64,000 nucleotides of DNA, taken from NCBI RefSeq assembly GCF_028368995.1, contig NZ_JAQNDL010000004.1, positions 288,001-352,000 of the forward strand, given 5' to 3'. This document shows, piece by piece, positions 60,124 through 64,000 of the stretch (position 1 is its first letter; each line of letters starts with the position of its first letter). A program made the translations under genes and the position numbers. The stretch is from Nannocystis bainbridge. Lineage in GTDB: Bacteria > Myxococcota_A > Polyangia > Nannocystales > Nannocystaceae. The notes beneath the pieces were generated by a model, which saw only the letters and a list, made by a program, of their open reading frames with translations, was not told where the DNA came from and searched no databases.

Positions 60124-62064
60124 TCACGCCTGGGCGCGACCGAGGCTGCGAGGATCGGTGAGGCGACCGGTGACGGCCGAGGCGGCGGCGACGGCCGGCG
60201 ACACCAGGTAGACCGGACCGGGCGCGCCCATGCGGCGATCGAAGTTGCGGTTGGTCGTGCTCGCGGTGGTCTCGCCCTCGAGCGGGATCCCCGGACCGTT
60301 GCCGATGCACGAGCCGCAGCCCGGCGCGGTCACCACGGCCCCGAGCTCGCGGAACAGCCCGAGCAGGCCCTCCTGCTCGGCCGAGGCGCTGACCTCGGCG
60401 CTCGACGGCGTGACGGTGACGCGGACCTTCGGCGCGAGGGTGCGGCCGCGCAGGACTTCGGCGGCGGCGCGCAGGTCGGCGAGCGAGCCGCCGGTGCACG
60501 AGGCGATGACGACGTTGTGGATCGGCACGTCGACGACGTCGGCCAGAGCGGCGCGGTTGCGCGAGTCACCGGGGGTGGCGACGGTGAGCGGGACCTCGGC
60601 GAGGTCGATGGTGATGGTGCGTACGTACTCGGCGCCCTCGTCGGGCTCGACGAACATCGCGTCGGTGTCGACGCCGGGCCGGCGGTCGCGCAGGAACTCG
60701 CGCACGGGCGCGCACGGCTCGACCACGCCGGTCATCAGGCCGCCCTCGACGGTCATGTTGGTGAGCACGCTGAGCTCGTCGACGTTCCACTGATCGAGGC
60801 CGGGGCCGCCGATCTGGATCACGCAGGTGTCGGTGGCCGAGGTGCGCCACTGCTCCTCGCGGAAGTACGGGTCGCCGATGATGTGGAGGATGAGGTCCTT
60901 CGGCGAGACGACGCCGCGGGCGTCGCCGGTGACCCAGATCCGCACGGTCTTCGGCACGGTGACCGGGACCAGGCCGGTGCGCAGCGCGAAGGCCATGGCC
61001 GTCGAGCCGACGCCGAACGCGAAGGCGTTGAGCACGCCGGCGGTCGGGGTGTGCGAGTCGGTGAGGATGATGATGGTGCCGGGGTTGCCGTACTGCTCGA
61101 CGACGATGCGGTGGCACACGCCGGCGTCGTACTTCTGGCCGGGCCCGTGGATCCGGATGCCGTTCTTGAGGCTGGCGCTGACCATCTCGTCGCGCAGCTG
61201 GCGGGCCGAGTCGAGCCGCTGCTTCTTGACGCGCAGCGGGACCGTCGGCTGATCGATGAGGACGAAGTGGTCCTCGAAGGCGGCCGCGAGCTCGGGGTTC
61301 TTGATCGGCGTGGTGCCCCACTCCTGCTCGTAGAGGGCCATCACCATGCCGCCGGTGTACTCGTGCACGCCGCGGAAGCCGACCGCGCACAGCACCTGAT
61401 CGCCCGGCTTGACGGCGGCGATGCCGAAGCGCTCGCCGCCGGTCCAGGTGCGCGCGGCGATGATCTTCTCGGTGCAGTTGAGCGGGCGCGCGGGGGCGTC
61501 GGTGCGGTACTCGGGCTCGATCTCGCCGGCCAGCAGGCGGCTGCCGTAGTGCAGCAGGCCGCCGTTTTGCACGACAGCGCGGAAGAACGGCGGCAGCTCG
61601 GCCGCGAGGCCGCCGAGGTCGACGTCCTCACCGGCCTGCAGGCGGCCGACCACCCCGAAATCGGTGGTGAACGGCAGGCCGCTGTAGACCATGTTCTCCT
61701 GGAAGATCCGCTGGAAGCTGCGGGCCACCACGAGCTCGATGCCGGCGCCCTGGTGGGCGACCACCGCGACCTCGCGGCTCGAGCCGGAGCCGTAGGCGTC
61801 GCCGCCGACGACGACCTGGAAGCCGCCGTCCTTGACGCTGTCCTTTTGGACCTGCTCCTTGAAGTTCTCGAGGAAGTAAGGACCGAGGATGTCGCCGGTG
61901 TAGCCGAGCGTGCAGGCCGCGCCGCTGATCATCAAGTCGGTGTTGACGCCGTAGTGGAGCGGCGGAGCGGCGTCTGCGCGGGCGTCGAGATCCGTGCCCG
62001 TCAGCTGCTGCGCGATGCCCTGCGCGTCGTCGGTGAGCCAGAGGATCCTGCCGCGAAGCTTCAT
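60124..62064 (-). CDS. aconitase-family dehydratase with N-terminal swivel (LeuD-like) fused to catalytic (LeuC-like) domain
   Basis: NTD, YGSGSSRE and ARSFQRIF, followed by DH, GVCH, DSHT, ASCTGG, PGCGSCIG, STTNRNF and YLVSP. Confidence 0.88.
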   Translation of the reverse strand: MKLRGRILWLTDDAQGIAQQLTGTDLDARADAAPPLHYGVNTDLMISGAACTLGYTGDILGPYFLENFKEQVQKDSVKDGGFQVVVGGDAYGSGSSREVAVVAHQGAGIELVVARSFQRIFQENMVYSGLPFTTDFGVVGRLQAGEDVDLGGLAAELPPFFRAVVQNGGLLHYGSRLLAGEIEPEYRTDAPARPLNCTEKIIAARTWTGGERFGIAAVKPGDQVLCAVGFRGVHEYTGGMVMALYEQEWGTTPIKNPELAAAFEDHFVLIDQPTVPLRVKKQRLDSARQLRDEMVSASLKNGIRIHGPGQKYDAGVCHRIVVEQYGNPGTIIILTDSHTPTAGVLNAFAFGVGSTAMAFALRTGLVPVTVPKTVRIWVTGDARGVVSPKDLILHIIGDPYFREEQWRTSATDTCVIQIGGPGLDQWNVDELSVLTNMTVEGGLMTGVVEPCAPVREFLRDRRPGVDTDAMFVEPDEGAEYVRTITIDLAEVPLTVATPGDSRNRAALADVVDVPIHNVVIASCTGGSLADLRAAAEVLRGRTLAPKVRVTVTPSSAEVSASAEQEGLLGLFRELGAVVTAPGCGSCIGNGPGIPLEGETTASTTNRNFDRRMGAPGPVYLVSPAVAAASAVTGRLTDPRSLGRAQA

Positions 62065-62199
62065 GCGAAGTTCGGTTTAACACCCGTGCGCAGGCTTCGG
62101 AAGGTAAAGAGGGGAGTCGGCGGGCCGGCGTGACGTGGCTCAGCTCACCGGTGCTCCGCCGGATGGCCGGCCCAGTGCGGTGGAGTATGTTCGCGGCGC

Positions 62200-63111
62200 A
62201 TGTTCTTGCGCACGGCCCTTCGCTCCCTCTCGCTGACCGCGCTGGTCTCCACGACTGTTCTTCCAGGTTGCGCCTCCAAGCCGGCGACGTCGGCGGAGAC
62301 TCCGGCCCCCGGCGGCGAGGATCCCGCAGGCGCGGCGGCCCGTGACGCCGATCCCGCGACGGTGGAGGCGCTCAAGGCCGCCATCGCCGGCCCGCAGCGC
62401 TCGGCTGAAAACCGCGCCCGCGACGTGTACCGCCACCCGCTCGAGACGCTGCTGTTCTTCGGCCTCAAGAAGGACCAGACGGTGGTCGAGCTGTGGCCCG
62501 GCGGCGGCGGGTGGTTCACCGAGGTGCTGGCGCCGACCCTGCGCGACAGCGGCAAGCTCATCGTCACCAACTTCGACCCCAACGGCCCGGCCGACGCCTA
62601 CCAGACCCGCAACGGCAAGAAGTTCCTGGAGAAGCTGGCCAGCGCGCCGGAGGTCTACGACAAGGTCGAGGTCGTGACGGTGACCGACCCGTCGGCGCTG
62701 GTGCTCGCGCCGGAGAACTCGGTCGACCTGGTGGTCACGTTCCGCAACACCCACGGGTGGGTCGAGAACGGCATCGACGCGGCGGTCTACAGCGCGGCCT
62801 TCAAGGCACTCAAGCCCGGCGGCGTGCTCGGCGTCGAAGCCCACCGCGGCAAGCCGCAGCCGGTCGACGACCCGAAGAAGGTCGCCGAGACCGGATACCT
62901 GCCCGAGGACTGGGTGGTCGCCCGCGTCGAGTCGTTCGGCTTCAAGCTGCAGGCCCGCTCGGAGATCAACGCCAACCCGAAGGACACGAAGGACTACGAG
63001 AAGGGCGTGTGGACCCTGCCGCCGTCGTTCGAGCTCGGGGACAAGGACCGCGACAAGTACGCGGCGATCGGCGAGAGCGACCGCATGACGCTCAAGTTCG
63101 TCAAGCCGTAA
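62200..63111 (+). CDS. predicted exported class I SAM methyltransferase lipoprotein
   Basis: LPGC lipobox, RDVYRHPLETL, VELWPGGGGWF, LKPGG, SEINANPKD, GVWTLPP and IGESDRMTLKF. Confidence 0.85.
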   Translation: MFLRTALRSLSLTALVSTTVLPGCASKPATSAETPAPGGEDPAGAAARDADPATVEALKAAIAGPQRSAENRARDVYRHPLETLLFFGLKKDQTVVELWPGGGGWFTEVLAPTLRDSGKLIVTNFDPNGPADAYQTRNGKKFLEKLASAPEVYDKVEVVTVTDPSALVLAPENSVDLVVTFRNTHGWVENGIDAAVYSAAFKALKPGGVLGVEAHRGKPQPVDDPKKVAETGYLPEDWVVARVESFGFKLQARSEINANPKDTKDYEKGVWTLPPSFELGDKDRDKYAAIGESDRMTLKFVKP

Positions 63112-63137
63112 GCGAGGCCCGTTCGCGGCCCAAAACA

Positions 63138-63167
63138 AAAGGACAGGTCCCTAGGGACCTGTCCTTT
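63138..63167. terminator. perfect 30-bp palindrome between convergent genes (bidirectional terminator-like)
   Basis: aaaggacaggtccctagggacctgtccttt, with A/T tails on both sides. Confidence 0.7.
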
Positions 63168-63185
63168 CGTGCATCCCGGCGGGGC

Positions 63186-63515
63186 CTAGAGGACCGACTT
63201 GATGAAGTCGGCGATCTTGCCGCGGGTGCCGCCGCCGACCATGCGGTTGGCCAGCTTGCCGTCCTTGAACAGCAGCAGGGTGGGGATGTTGGTGACGCCG
63301 TACTCGACGGCGGTGTTCTGGTTGCGATCGACGTCGAGCTTGACGATCTTGACCTGCTCGCCGAGCTCGCCGGCCAGGGCGTCGAGGTGGGGCGCGATCG
63401 CGCGACACGGACCGCACCAGGTGGCCCAGAAGTCGACCAGGACCGGGGTCTGCGAGTCGAGGACGTCGTTCTTGAAGGTCTGGTCCGAGGTGTTGGTGAT
63501 TTTGTCGGATGCCAT
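63186..63515 (-). CDS. trxA: thioredoxin
   Basis: [11 protein letters not shown] and [10 protein letters not shown]; ~109 aa. Confidence 0.95.
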   Translation of the reverse strand: MASDKITNTSDQTFKNDVLDSQTPVLVDFWATWCGPCRAIAPHLDALAGELGEQVKIVKLDVDRNQNTAVEYGVTNIPTLLLFKDGKLANRMVGGGTRGKIADFIKSVL

Positions 63516-63711
63516 GGTGGTCGGGGCGGGTGAGTGCAGGCCAGAGGGCCGTGAAGCAGTCAGGCTTGGACGGGCTTGCAGCGGTTGAAGTGGGGGCCGC
63601 TCGCGGCGGCGGCGCGGCGCAACTGGCGTCGCCGCCGGCCAGAGCATGGTGCCGGGCCCGCGGCGGCGCAAGGGTTGTGAGGCCGCGCGGGCGCGGCTAC
63701 CCTGGCCGGGC

Positions 63712-64000
63712 ATGCCGCGGATCTTCGTCGCCCAGACCCTCGTCGACACATGGCTGTCGACCGGGACCGTGTCCCTCGAGCAGGACCTCCTGCGCGTGTC
63801 CGGTCCCCCGTCGGTCGATCTCTTCATCAACCCCGCGGTATGGTTCGAGCGCATCGACGGCGGCGAGGCCGATCCTCATGACGTCGTCGGGCGCGTGAAG
63901 ACGTCGCAAGAGCTGGCGCAGATGGGCGCCGACCACTACGAGAGCTCGGTCGTGATGGGCGACTACGCGTACACCGTGAAGCCGGGCTTCATCGCCACGG
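63712..64000 (+). CDS. hypothetical protein, truncated by the window end
   Basis: Open frame [15 protein letters not shown]...[14 protein letters not shown] with typical codon bias. Confidence 0.7.
   Translation, partial: MPRIFVAQTLVDTWLSTGTVSLEQDLLRVSGPPSVDLFINPAVWFERIDGGEADPHDVVGRVKTSQELAQMGADHYESSVVMGDYAYTVKPGFIAT

Overview
Very GC-rich window (roughly 70-75% by eye). Its gene content points to a myxobacterium, probably Nannocystis-like (inference): Ser/Thr kinase-TPR protein, STK-AAA-GAF-HK hybrid, many Thr/Cys-rich lipoproteins, ECF sigma factor and FHA protein. About 45 CDS can be supported, including a tgt-like/MnmC-like pair, carotenoid oxygenase, S8 protease, a glycogen cluster (malQ, glgX, glgB), a fused aconitase-family enzyme and trxA. 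No rRNA, tRNA, CRISPR or transposase was seen. Most of the long Arg/Ala/Pro-rich ORFs in the track are shadow frames. The strongest unexplained signal is a 14-bp interrupted palindrome, TGTC-YYNNRR-GACA. I count at least 16 perfect copies where about 0.4 are expected. It often forms head-to-tail arrays with an exact 14-bp period, and it occurs in promoters, between convergent genes and inside CDSs, where it coincides with rare codons. The second candidate system is a four-gene cluster at 39.6-46.2 kb: a lipoprotein 5'-nucleotidase, two non-catalytic OB-fold lipoproteins and an outer-membrane barrel, which looks like a nucleic-acid capture and scavenging machine. Start codons were picked by eye and are approximate.
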